Source: an uncultured Coriobacteriia bacterium
GTDB lineage: Bacteria > Actinomycetota > Coriobacteriia > Anaerosomatales > PHET01
Assembly (NCBI GenBank): GCA_942493275.1
Contig: OW818687.1
Location: 1,223,211 to 1,287,210 of the forward strand
DNA: 64,000 nucleotides
Direction: 5' to 3'
Below, piece by piece: positions 47,093 through 56,300 of the stretch (positions are counted from its first letter, which is position 1; every line of letters begins with the position of its first letter). The notes beneath the pieces are model-generated. The model saw only the letters and a program-made list of their open reading frames with translations, made no database searches and was not told the DNA's origin. A program made the position numbers and the translations under genes.

Positions 47093-47977
47093 ATGGGGGA
47101 TCGGGCACCACGAGCCAAGATGCCTGCCGAGGACCGGCGGAGCTTCCTGCTCTACGCGGTCGTCGCGTGTGCATGGACCTGGGCGCTGTGGATACCGGCA
47201 CTTGTCTACTCGGCGAGGACCGGTGCGGTCCTACCGACTCTCGAGGCAGGGTTCGCCGCGTGGCAAGGGCTCGAGGGTGCCGGGCTCGTCTACGCGATCA
47301 TGTTCCAGCTCGCTGTCTACGGGCCCTTCCTCGCCGCCGCGATCGTGCTTGCCACAACCGCGCGTGACCGTCTCGGCGAGTGGGCAGCATCGCTCGTTCG
47401 GTTCCGTGCGCCGCTCCGTTGGTGGGGGTTTGTCGCCGCGTGGCCCGTGGCGCTCGGCGCGCTCGTCGTCGTGATCTCCTGGGTATTCGGACGGCAGGCG
47501 CCTACGTTCGGAGAGGTGCCGGCACTATCGGTCGTGCTGTCGATGGTCGCCGTGCAGCTCGTGACCAGCGGACTCGAGGAGCCCGGCTGGCGCGGCTTTG
47601 GTGTTCCGTTGCTCCAGCGCACCTACGACTTCGAGAGCGCGAACTGGAATCTCGGTCTGGTGTGGGCGCTGTGGCACGTCCCGTTCATGGTCTACCTGAA
47701 CCGGCAGGCGCCGATATGGATGCTGCCGCTGACCCTCGCCGGATTCACTATGAGCATCGTGGCGGCGGGCTACGCACACGCGTGGGTCTATAACGCGACC
47801 GGGAGCGTACCGCTCAACATCACGCTTCACGCGTGGGCGAACGTGGTCAATACCATCGTCATCATGGTGCAGCCGAGCCCGCTCGTGCCGTTCGCGACCG
47901 CGGGTGTCGCATGGGCGTTGGCGGCCTGGATCCTGTGGCGGGAGAAGCGCTCGCCCTCTGTGGGGCGGCCGGCATGA
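47093..47977 (+). CDS. CPBP-family intramembrane glutamic endopeptidase
   Basis: EEPGWRGF, WALWH and HAWAN motifs. GAGGAGGAG SD. Confidence 0.85.
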   Translation: MGDRAPRAKMPAEDRRSFLLYAVVACAWTWALWIPALVYSARTGAVLPTLEAGFAAWQGLEGAGLVYAIMFQLAVYGPFLAAAIVLATTARDRLGEWAASLVRFRAPLRWWGFVAAWPVALGALVVVISWVFGRQAPTFGEVPALSVVLSMVAVQLVTSGLEEPGWRGFGVPLLQRTYDFESANWNLGLVWALWHVPFMVYLNRQAPIWMLPLTLAGFTMSIVAAGYAHAWVYNATGSVPLNITLHAWANVVNTIVIMVQPSPLVPFATAGVAWALAAWILWREKRSPSVGRPA

Positions 47978-49017
47978 CGCTCGCGCCTCTGCCCGCCGAA
48001 CCAACGCTCACCGTCGTCATCCCCGCGCTCAACGAGGCGGAGCGCCTGCCGCTCCTGCTCCCGTTGCTCGCCGAACAGACCCGACCGCCCGATGCGATCG
48101 TGATCGCGGACGCCGACTCCACTGACGCCACCCGCGAGGTCGCGCGAGCGGCGGGCGCGATCGTCGTCGACGGCGGTAAGCCGGCCGCTGGCCGCAACGC
48201 CGGCGCTGCGGTGGCGACCACCAACCTCATCCTGTTTCTCGACGCGGATGACGAGCCGACTCCTGACTGGATCGAGCGCGCTCTCGCCGAGTTCGCCGAG
48301 CGTGAGCTGTTCGTCGCCGCAGGCCAGGTCGAGCCGCTCGAGCGCACGCCCGGCAATGTATTCGCGTGCGAGGTCGTGAACGTGTACCTGCAGCTCATGC
48401 AGTACGTGGTGCCGCACGCCCCCGGCTTCTGCATTCTGGTCCGCCGAGACATCCACGAGCGCATCGGAGGTTTCGACGAGACGCTCGTGCTCGCCGAGGA
48501 CCACGAGTACGTCCAGCGGGCCTCCGAACTCGGCAAGTTCCGCATCCTGCGTTTTGCCCCGATGCGCACCTCGATGCGCCGCATCGAGAAAGAGGGGCTG
48601 GTCACGCTCGCCTTCAAGTACCTCTACTCCGAGCTCTACGTCGTCACGGGCCGCCCGATTCGCGAGATTCCGTTCGAGTACGAGTTCGCGGCCTTCGACC
48701 GCGACAAGGAAGAGGCCGTGTCTGTCGAGTTCGAGAAGGTGCGCGAGCGACTCCGAGAGCTCGGCGATCCGCTGGCGAAGCTGCCCGAGCAAGCTGTCGC
48801 ACGGTTGCGCCAGCTTGGCGACACGGAGCTGTCAGTCGACGCCGTCCAGCGTCTGCTCGACGAATGGACCCCCGACGAGGTCCACGAGCTGCGCTCCTAC
48901 CTCACCGGCCGCATCGATGAGGCGCGCAGGATGTCGCCGATCGTGATTCGCCGCATTCGCCGCCGAGGGGACCGCATCTGGCGCCGCCTCACCGACGATC
49001 TCGGGTCCGGGCTCTAA
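47974..49017 (+). CDS. Family-2 glycosyltransferase
   Basis: VVIPALNE...IADADSTD...GRNAG...FLDADD. ATGA overlap with the CPBP stop. Confidence 0.88.
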   Translation: MTLAPLPAEPTLTVVIPALNEAERLPLLLPLLAEQTRPPDAIVIADADSTDATREVARAAGAIVVDGGKPAAGRNAGAAVATTNLILFLDADDEPTPDWIERALAEFAERELFVAAGQVEPLERTPGNVFACEVVNVYLQLMQYVVPHAPGFCILVRRDIHERIGGFDETLVLAEDHEYVQRASELGKFRILRFAPMRTSMRRIEKEGLVTLAFKYLYSELYVVTGRPIREIPFEYEFAAFDRDKEEAVSVEFEKVRERLRELGDPLAKLPEQAVARLRQLGDTELSVDAVQRLLDEWTPDEVHELRSYLTGRIDEARRMSPIVIRRIRRRGDRIWRRLTDDLGSGL

Positions 49018-49075
49018 GCTCGGAGCCGCATCTGCTATACCTTTTCGTACGGAAGTTCGTCATTCAGGAGGACAC

Positions 49076-49357
49076 ATGGCCCGAGCACAGGCACGTCACA
49101 TCCTCGTTCCCACCGAGGAGCAGTGCAACGACATCAAGCAGCGCATCGCCGATGGCGAGGACTTCGCCGAGATGGCCAGTCAGTACTCGCAGTGTCCGTC
49201 GGGCCGTCAGGGCGGCGACCTGGGCGTGTTCTCGCCCGGCCAGATGGTCAAGGAGTTCAACGACGTGTGCTTCAACGACGAGGTCGGCGTGGTACACGGC
49301 CCGGTGAAGACGCAGTTCGGCTACCACCTCATCGAGGTCACCAAGCGCGACGAGTAG
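49076..49357 (+). CDS. Parvulin-type peptidyl-prolyl isomerase
   Basis: ARHILV...GGDLG.F..GQMV.EF...FGYH(L)I. Confidence 0.92.
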   Translation: MARAQARHILVPTEEQCNDIKQRIADGEDFAEMASQYSQCPSGRQGGDLGVFSPGQMVKEFNDVCFNDEVGVVHGPVKTQFGYHLIEVTKRDE

Positions 49358-49393
49358 TCGTCGCCTGCCGAGAAGCCTTGCCGTTCGCGGATT

Positions 49394-49454
49394 GACCGCG
49401 GCGTGCCGCCCTCAAAGAGGGGACAATCCTCTTGAGGGGGGCCGCGCCGCGGTC
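49394..49454 (+). other. Long imperfect stem-loop (about 61 nt)
   Basis: Outer stem GACCGCGGCG / CGCCGCGGTC. Inner stems CCCTCAA/TTGAGGG and GAGG/CCTC. Loop GGACAAT. Confidence 0.5.
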
Positions 49455-49484
49455 ACCCCGAATGTCCATGTTAGGAGGGGCGCC

Positions 49485-49859
49485 ATGTCATCCACGCAGA
49501 TGGCTGGGGGGCCCGCCACCGGTGGTATGACCCGCCAGGGGTTCGATGCAGGGCTTCCCAAGACGACGCTCGGCAAGTGGTCTATGTGGCTTGCCGCGGT
49601 GTTTGTGGTGGGTATGGGAATCAACGCCGCGCTGCTTGCCGTGTTTGGGACGAGCACCAACGAGTCACTCAACGAGTTCAGCAGCACCTACATGCCGTAC
49701 TGGGGCATCGTGCTCTTCGGGTGCGGGTTCGCTGCGGGAGTCGTCGGGCTCATCGCCATCATCAAGCAGCACGAACGCTCGCTCGTCACGCTGGTCACTC
49801 TGGTGCCGGCGCTGTTCGTGATCGTGTTCCTGCTCGGCGAGTTCCTGATACCGCACTAG
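49485..49859 (+). CDS. Membrane protein, hypothetical
   Basis: ATG follows TAGGAGGGG. 3 TM helices. Confidence 0.6.
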   Translation: MSSTQMAGGPATGGMTRQGFDAGLPKTTLGKWSMWLAAVFVVGMGINAALLAVFGTSTNESLNEFSSTYMPYWGIVLFGCGFAAGVVGLIAIIKQHERSLVTLVTLVPALFVIVFLLGEFLIPH

Positions 49860-49869
49860 ATCGCGTTCG

Positions 49870-50436
49870 CTACTCGAGACCGTCCGAAGCGAGACACAGC
49901 GCGTAGTCGCGAACGTCGGCGGGCCACGCATCCGTGAGGCCGTTGAAGCGGGCGTGGTCGCCGGCGTAGAGCGCGCGAGTGACCTCTTCGAACTCGGGCA
50001 AGTTCCCGCACGCCGCAAGCATGAACCGGTACGCCGCGTCCCGCGCGACTCGCGCGGCGTCTGAGTCGGCATTCGCCTTGCGCGCCTCTTCGACGAGCTT
50101 GCGGAGCGTCACCGACGCGCCGCCCGGCTGGGACGCGAGCCACTCCCAGTGCCGAGGCAGGAGCGTCACCTCGCGCGCAACCACACCGAGTTTGGGCCGA
50201 CCGGGTCCGCGCGGCGCTGCGGGAGGCACCTCATGACGGGCCGCGACTTCGTCGGGCGTGCCGCGCAGATCGAGTTCGACTTGGTTGGCGGTCGCGTCGT
50301 CAAACACGAGGACGCTCAGCGCGGGGTCGGCATCGAGAGCTTCGCGCACGGCTCGGGCGACCTCGGCGACGGGTCCGGAGGCTATCTGCCGGTGGCCTGC
50401 GAAGGCGGTACAGCCGGTGACGCTATCAGGTCCCAT
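49870..50436 (-). CDS. DUF2239-family protein
   Basis: About 188 aa. LPRHWEWL...GASV.LRKLVEEARK C-terminal motif. Confidence 0.65.
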   Translation of the reverse strand: MGPDSVTGCTAFAGHRQIASGPVAEVARAVREALDADPALSVLVFDDATANQVELDLRGTPDEVAARHEVPPAAPRGPGRPKLGVVAREVTLLPRHWEWLASQPGGASVTLRKLVEEARKANADSDAARVARDAAYRFMLAACGNLPEFEEVTRALYAGDHARFNGLTDAWPADVRDYALCLASDGLE

Positions 50437-50473
50437 GGGTGTGAGTCCTCTCGGGGTGCGGGGGCATAGCGGG

Positions 50474-50520
50474 TATTATCCGGGTGAAACTCTCGGACGT
50501 CAATACTATCCGGATAAAAC
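50474..50520. promoter_or_regulatory. AT-rich direct repeat TA(T/C)TATCCGG(G/A)T(G/A)AAAC x2
   Basis: Copies at 50474-50490 and 50504-50520, with a 30-bp period, in the divergent intergenic region. Confidence 0.45.
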
Positions 50521-50572
50521 CTCGTGCCCATTCTTGGGAATCACCTCAGATAACCGAACGGAGGCCCTGTCC

Positions 50573-50830
50573 ATGTGCCGCAACATCAAGACCCTGTACA
50601 ACCTGGACCCGCCTGCTGACGACGTCGAGATCCGTGAGGCTGCCTTGCAGTACGTCCGGAAGGTCAGCGGCTACCGGTCGCCGTCGGCGGCCAACGAAGC
50701 GGCGTTCAGGCGCGCTGTCGATGCGGTTGCTGCAGCCACCGCCGAGCTGACGGAGTCGCTCGTCACACACGCTCCGCCGCGTGACCGAGAGGCGATGGCC
50801 GAGAGAGCCCGCGCCCGGCGGAGGTACTGA
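50573..50830 (+). CDS. DUF2277-family protein
   Basis: MCRNIKTLYN(L)DPPA...EI..AALQYVRKVSG N-terminal signature. 85 aa. Confidence 0.65.
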   Translation: MCRNIKTLYNLDPPADDVEIREAALQYVRKVSGYRSPSAANEAAFRRAVDAVAAATAELTESLVTHAPPRDREAMAERARARRRY

Positions 50831-50952
50831 GCGTCCTATCCCTCACAGTTGTTACCAGTTCGTTGTGTGAGCGGCAGTGAACCGACAGGCACACACGGGT
50901 AACTCCCGACCTGGCAGAAATCATCCGGAGGTCGAAGGGGAGGGCGTGAAGT

Positions 50953-51600
50953 ATGGAGCGTGCGCGCAGGTGCGGGCTTGTGGTTGCAGTGCTGTTGGCG
51001 ACGGTGACGGCGGGATGCGCGGCGAGTCCCTCGGAGCCGACGCAGCCGATACCGGTGAGCCAAGAGACAAGTCAGGTTGAGTCTCCCGAGGTCGCCGAGC
51101 CTGAATCGGCGGCTCCTGCCGAGGACGCACAGGACGCACAGGACGCACAGGACGCTGAGGTGGCGAAGGCGCGGGCTGCGATCGCACAGGTCGAGGACGT
51201 GTGGAAGCAGTCACTGTTCGCATTCACGCAGGTGCCTGACGGCTTCGTCTTCTCGGAACCCGGAGAGGGTACTGTCTTCAAGCTGCGGGATGAGGACTCG
51301 GCGGTAGACGACTTTGCCGCAATCCGGTTTGTTCGTGGCGAGGACCAACTGCTGCTGCTCCAGGGTAGCTGGGACATGGGCGCTGGCACGGAAGGCAAAA
51401 CGGCGTCACCTTCGGACTTCGGCGGACTGGATGCCACGTTCCTCCGAGACGTCGATTTCGGGTGGTACTCGACCGACACGGCCACGGCGTCCGTGGTGAT
51501 CGTGAAGCCATCCTCCAACGGGAATCTCGCGCTCTTCGGCGTCGGAGTGACGCAAGACGAACTGGAAGACACCGCGGCAGCGTTGGAGCAGCTGAAATAG
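50953..51600 (+). CDS. Lipoprotein, hypothetical
   Basis: Signal peptide with lipobox (VTAGC). Acidic AEDAQDAQDAQDAE linker. Confidence 0.65.
   Translation: MERARRCGLVVAVLLATVTAGCAASPSEPTQPIPVSQETSQVESPEVAEPESAAPAEDAQDAQDAQDAEVAKARAAIAQVEDVWKQSLFAFTQVPDGFVFSEPGEGTVFKLRDEDSAVDDFAAIRFVRGEDQLLLLQGSWDMGAGTEGKTASPSDFGGLDATFLRDVDFGWYSTDTATASVVIVKPSSNGNLALFGVGVTQDELEDTAAALEQLK
51124..51155 (+). repeat. 9-bp in-frame tandem repeat (GACGCACAG x3.5)
   Basis: Read directly. Encodes (DAQ)n within the lipoprotein linker. Confidence 0.8.
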
Positions 51601-51606
51601 CGCGCC

Positions 51607-52083
51607 CTATCGCTCTCCTGCGAGCATCTCGCCGGTGCACAGATAGTGGTTCAGCCGAGACTCCCAGTCGCGCATGAACTCTCCGTAGTACTCCTCGGTG
51701 AACGCAGCTACGAACTCGTCGCCTGCCGGGCCGAGACTCGTGTGGGTGTATCGGACCTCCGCGTCGCAACCCTCCGGGGTCGCCGCCAGTTGGATGGAGA
51801 GGCGGCACGCGGTGACTTGCGGCGTGATCTTGAGCATCTCGACGAATCCGGTGTCGGGCTCGTGCCGCGTGACGTACCAGACCGCGTCGACCGGCTCGGC
51901 GGAAGTGACGAATACGCAGTCGGGCTCGGCTACTCCCGACTCCGAGACCACAAGGAGCGGGTCCCAGCCTTCGATCCAGTCGGCTTCGCGGACGGGGCAC
52001 AGCAGCGGAAACACCTCGGCGGGGGAGCCGATCAGGTGCTGTGTGTAGGTGCGGGACGCTCGAACCGGGGCGGTTACCCTCAT
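51607..52083 (-). CDS. SRPBCC (START/Bet v1-like) family protein
   Basis: About 158 aa. Fold-family motifs are only weakly recognisable (VFPLLCPVRE..W..GW). Confidence 0.55.
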   Translation of the reverse strand: MRVTAPVRASRTYTQHLIGSPAEVFPLLCPVREADWIEGWDPLLVVSESGVAEPDCVFVTSAEPVDAVWYVTRHEPDTGFVEMLKITPQVTACRLSIQLAATPEGCDAEVRYTHTSLGPAGDEFVAAFTEEYYGEFMRDWESRLNHYLCTGEMLAGER

Positions 52084-52607
52084 ACCGCGTCGGCAGCGAC
52101 GATGGTGACGTCGACGTTGCTCTGGTTCGCGGCTTCGGTCAGCGCGCCGATCCAGTCGGTATCCGCCACGCTCTGCGGCACGGCGACGAGCGCCTTCATC
52201 GCGAACAGCGGGGTGCCCGTGACCGACGCGGGCGTGGTGCCGGTCTCCATCGACTCGATGTTGATGCCGGCCTGCGACAGCCCGAACGCGATCTCGTGGA
52301 TGATGCCTTCGTGATCGGCACCGGTGACTTCGATGCGATAAGGCAGACCGCCGGGCCTGACCGCCGAGGGCTCGGTCGTGGTGACCGTCAGCTTGTACCC
52401 GGCGTCGGTGAGATGGGCGAACGCGGCATCGATGTCGGCGCCGCCGTCCGGCGCCGTCGCCAGCAACAGCACGGCGAACTCACCGCCGAGCCGGGCCATC
52501 CGGCTCATCTCGACGTTGGCGCCCAGGTCCAGCAGGGCCTTGGTTACCTCCTCGACGATGCCCACGCGGTCGGGCCCGGTGAGGGTGAAGACGATACCTG
52601 TGGCCAT
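52080..52607 (-). CDS. Tandem ACT-domain protein (GcvR-like)
   Basis: LTGPDRVGIVEEVTKAL and VTGADHEGIIHEIAFGL. ATGA overlap with the downstream gene. Confidence 0.7.
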   Translation of the reverse strand: MATGIVFTLTGPDRVGIVEEVTKALLDLGANVEMSRMARLGGEFAVLLLATAPDGGADIDAAFAHLTDAGYKLTVTTTEPSAVRPGGLPYRIEVTGADHEGIIHEIAFGLSQAGINIESMETGTTPASVTGTPLFAMKALVAVPQSVADTDWIGALTEAANQSNVDVTIVAADAV

Positions 52608-52641
52608 GCTGGGCACCTTTCTCGGAGATGAGTCGTCCGTA

Positions 52642-52659
52642 TAGGTACAACTGTACCTA
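52642..52659. promoter_or_regulatory. Palindrome TAGGTACA-AC-TGTACCTA
   Basis: Perfect 8-bp arms, 35-52 bp upstream of the ACT-protein start. Confidence 0.45.
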
Positions 52660-52731
52660 AACCGCGCAATCTTGCCGACGAGGGCGCTGCCGGGGCGGGC
52701 AGCTCCTCGCCGTGTGGACCCAGTACAAAGA

Positions 52732-52763
52732 GAGCGGGGCGATCCCGAAGGACCGCCCCGCTC
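52732..52763 (-). terminator. Intrinsic terminator of cspA
   Basis: GAGCGGGGCG / CGCCCCGCTC stem, 22 nt after the stop. Followed on the minus strand by TCTTTGT. Confidence 0.7.
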
Positions 52764-52785
52764 GCAAGCACATATGAACTACGGC

Positions 52786-52988
52786 CTAGATGGCGCGCAC
52801 GCTCGTTGCCTGCGGCTTGCCGTTCTGGCCCGTCGACTCCGTGAAGGAGACGGCCTGACCCTCGTCGAGGGTCTTGAAGCCCTCGCCCTGGATCTCGGAG
52901 AAGTGGACGAACAGGTCGGCGCCACCTTCACGCTCGATGAAGCCATAACCCTTGTCAGCGTTGAACCACTTCACTTTACCTTCAGCCA
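52786..52988 (-). CDS. cspA: Cold-shock protein (CspA family)
   Basis: [15 protein letters not shown] (RNP1) and VHFS (RNP2). 67 aa. Confidence 0.95.
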
Positions 52989-53341
52989 TCAAAAACCATC
53001 CTCTCGCCCCACATTTGGGGGCAAAACAAAACGACGCGACTTCCGCTTGAATGCGGTGTGTCACGTCGCAATCCATCGAGCCTTCTTAGGCCCGTGCATG
53101 CACTGTAACACAGATCACTGAAAGATGCACTCTCGCACTTCCGTACGCCGATCTCACACTGTCGGACGATGCCACTCATGCTTCCGGAGGCCCGCGACGG
53201 GGGTAGCGTGAACGTGGGGGATTTCAACAACACAGGAACGGCGACGGCCAGTCGGGTGCCGGCCCGGCTTGCGTGGGTGGCGTCGCACCGTTCTGCTTCT
53301 CGCGATCCTTATCCTGTCATGCCTGGACCAGGGGGATCACC

Positions 53342-56300
53342 ATGTCTCAGACACGTGCCGCTCTGACCGTATGGTCGCGGATGGGGCGCAGCGCGGTCAT
53401 CGCCGTGCTCATCCTCACCTTCGTGCCTTTCGCGCCGACATCCGCAGGTGCGGCGTGGCCTGCCGATGACGCCGGCTATCCGGGCACACCCGAGGCCGAC
53501 ATCGTCTACGGGGGAGTGTGGAGCCGGGCCGAGGTCATGGGCTCCATCGAGGAGTATCGCTCCTACGGCTTCGACGAGAACTTCGCGTACTACTCGGCCG
53601 ATACGGTTGAGGTGGTGCAGCTCGCAGAGGCCAGGGCGTGGGCCTCGAACGCCCCGATGAACAGCACGAGTTTTCTGCTGGATGGACGTTGGTGGACCTA
53701 CGTGAACCGCTTGTTCGCGGTGGGCGGCACGTTCCGTTCGTACAGCAACGGCGACTCGTTCATCGCGAAGGTGTCCGGAGCGCACACGAATCACGCGCAC
53801 AATCCGTCGCCGCCAAAGATCCTCGGCGTGAAGTACCTGGACACGGATCTCGACGGCGTGAAGGACCTGGGCGAGGCAGGCGTCTCCGGGTGGCGGATCG
53901 ATCTGTATCTTGCGGGCACTCTGCGCGCGTCCACCTACACCAACGCGAGCGGCGCGTACGAGTTCGTGATCGACGGACGGGCGGGGCTGCCCCCCGGAAC
54001 CTACAGGGTCGTCGAGGAGGAGCGGGCGGATTGGCGATCGACGTCGCCGACAAGCCGGTTTGTGACAATCGCCGAGGGGCCGTCGAGTGCGGGCCGCAGT
54101 TTCGGCGGCAACAACTTCAGCGGCATCCGGCTCGGCAGCATCGAGGGCTTCGCGTGGAGTGATACCAACGGCGATGGGGCCTACGCCATCTCGGAACCCA
54201 AGCTCGCCGGCATCACGTTGCGCGCCAGCATGAACGGCACCGTGGTGGCCGAGACGCTCACCGATGGTTCCGGTGCCTACGCACTGCGACTCGACCCCGG
54301 TACGTATCAGATCGAGCAGGTCCTGAGGTCCGGGTGGTTCCGCACGTTCCCGGTCGCGGTGCCATACCAGACAAAGACACTGGCCTCGGGGGCGGTGATT
54401 CGCAACGTCAACTTCGGGAGCATGGAGCTCGCAGGCATCACGCCGCTGAAGGTGAGCGACCTCGATGTCGACGGCACATGGGATGAAGGCGAGCCGCTGC
54501 TCGCCGGATGGGCGATGACTCTGGCGTCGGGAAGCGGGACGCCGTATAGCGCACCGCTCGTGACCGCGGCCGTACTCGAGTCGGCTCCGTCATGGGTGGA
54601 TCTCCGACCTGGTGCGTACGTGGTCACGCCGGAGCAAAGAGCGGGCTGGACGCCCGCACCTGCGCAGAGCCTGTCGGTCACCTCAGGTCAGCACGTGACG
54701 CTGACATTCATGGGTGCTGAGCTTGGTCGTATCGGAGGCGAGGTCTTCGAAGACCTCGACTTGGACGGAGCACACGACGCCGGCGAGGCGGGCATCGCCG
54801 GATGGACGGTCGAGCTCGTCCGGGAAGGCGTGGTCGTCGAGAGCGCGACGAGCGGGGCCGATGGCACGTACGACTTCGCTGACGTGGGCTTCGGGGAGTA
54901 CGTCGTGCGCGAGGCTCCGCAATCCGCATGGATGCCGACCGTCTCGGAGAGTTCGACCGTGACGGTCGTGCCGGGTGCTCAACTGCATGTGGAGTTCGGC
55001 AACGTGCAGGTAGGCGACATCGCCGGCGTGCGCGTCGAGGACGTGGATGGTGACGGTGTCGCCGAGGCCGGGGAACCGCCGGCGGCAGGGCTGGCCGTCA
55101 CGCTCAGCCGCGCGGACGGCACCACGGTTGGAGCGCCCGTTCTCACCGATGCCGAAGGAGCCTACGCTTTCAACGATGTACCGATCGGAGACTACGTGCT
55201 GACCGGTGAGCCGCAAGACGGTTGGTACTCATCGGCCGGCCCGACTCGCGAGGTCACCGTTGAGGCAGGCATCTGCTGCGAACCCGAGCCGATTCTCGAC
55301 GTGCGCTACGCGAGCATCTCCGGCTCGGCGTTCAGTGACGCGGACGTCGACGACGTGCGCGATGCGAGTGCCGAGGAGACCGGCCTCGTCGGATGGGATG
55401 TGGCGCTGCTACGCGAAGCTGGGGAGGGTGCGTGGTCTGTCGAGACCACGATCGCCACCTGCGATGTCGGCGCGTTCTGTTTCGACCGGCTGCGTCCCGG
55501 TCACTACCGGGTTGAGTTGTCGTCGGCCGAAGGCTGGCAGGCGACATGTGCGCCGACCGGCGAGTTCGAGGTCCTCTCGGGAGGTGTGGTCGAGGGGCTG
55601 GAGTTCGGCGCGGTGCACCTGTGCGGGCTCGACATCGCGGCGTACGACGACACCGACGGTGACGGCATGCGTGACGAGGGCGAAGCGCCGGTCAGCGGCC
55701 GCGCGTTCGAAGTCACCGGCGTGTGCGTGGAGGGCACGCCGATCGAGGTCACCGTGTTCACCGATGAGACCGGGGTGGCTCGGCTCGACGGGCTGCTGCC
55801 GTGCGACGTCTCGGTGAGCGAGGCACTCCCTGAGCTGCGGCTCGCGCCGGACGGCTCCGTGGTCGAGCCCGGCTGGCGCACGACAACACCCGATGTGGGC
55901 TCGGTGACGATCGGCTGCGGATGCACGCAGACGATGGCGTTCGGCAGCCTGGAGTACGGCTGGATCGAGGGGCGGGTCACCCACGAGGTCTACGGCAGCG
56001 GGGTGGGCGGCGTCGAGGTCGTCCTTGAGGAGACAGGCGAGACCGCGATCACGGACGCCGGCGGCGTCTACCGTTTCTACCGAGTGGATCCCAACGGAAC
56101 CGCGGTGTGCCCGGCAGCGGCGTATCTGGTGGGGATGGAACTGGCCGGCTCGCAGTGGCAGACATCAGGTGTGTTCGGGTCCGTGGTCGTGGTCGCCGAA
56201 GGGGCCGCCGGCTCAGCCGACTTCAGCGTGTTCGAGGAGGGCTACGGCAACCAGCCGAGCACGGTGAGCTACTGGAAGAAGTGGGATCGCGACTACACGG

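Noticed and set aside
52989-53341. The 350-bp relatively AT-rich spacer between cspA and the large secreted protein gene, as a novel ncRNA locus.
   Set aside because: Long structured 5' UTRs are a known property of cspA-family genes, and the spacer must also hold the divergent promoter of the large gene. I could not define a discrete conserved structure by eye.
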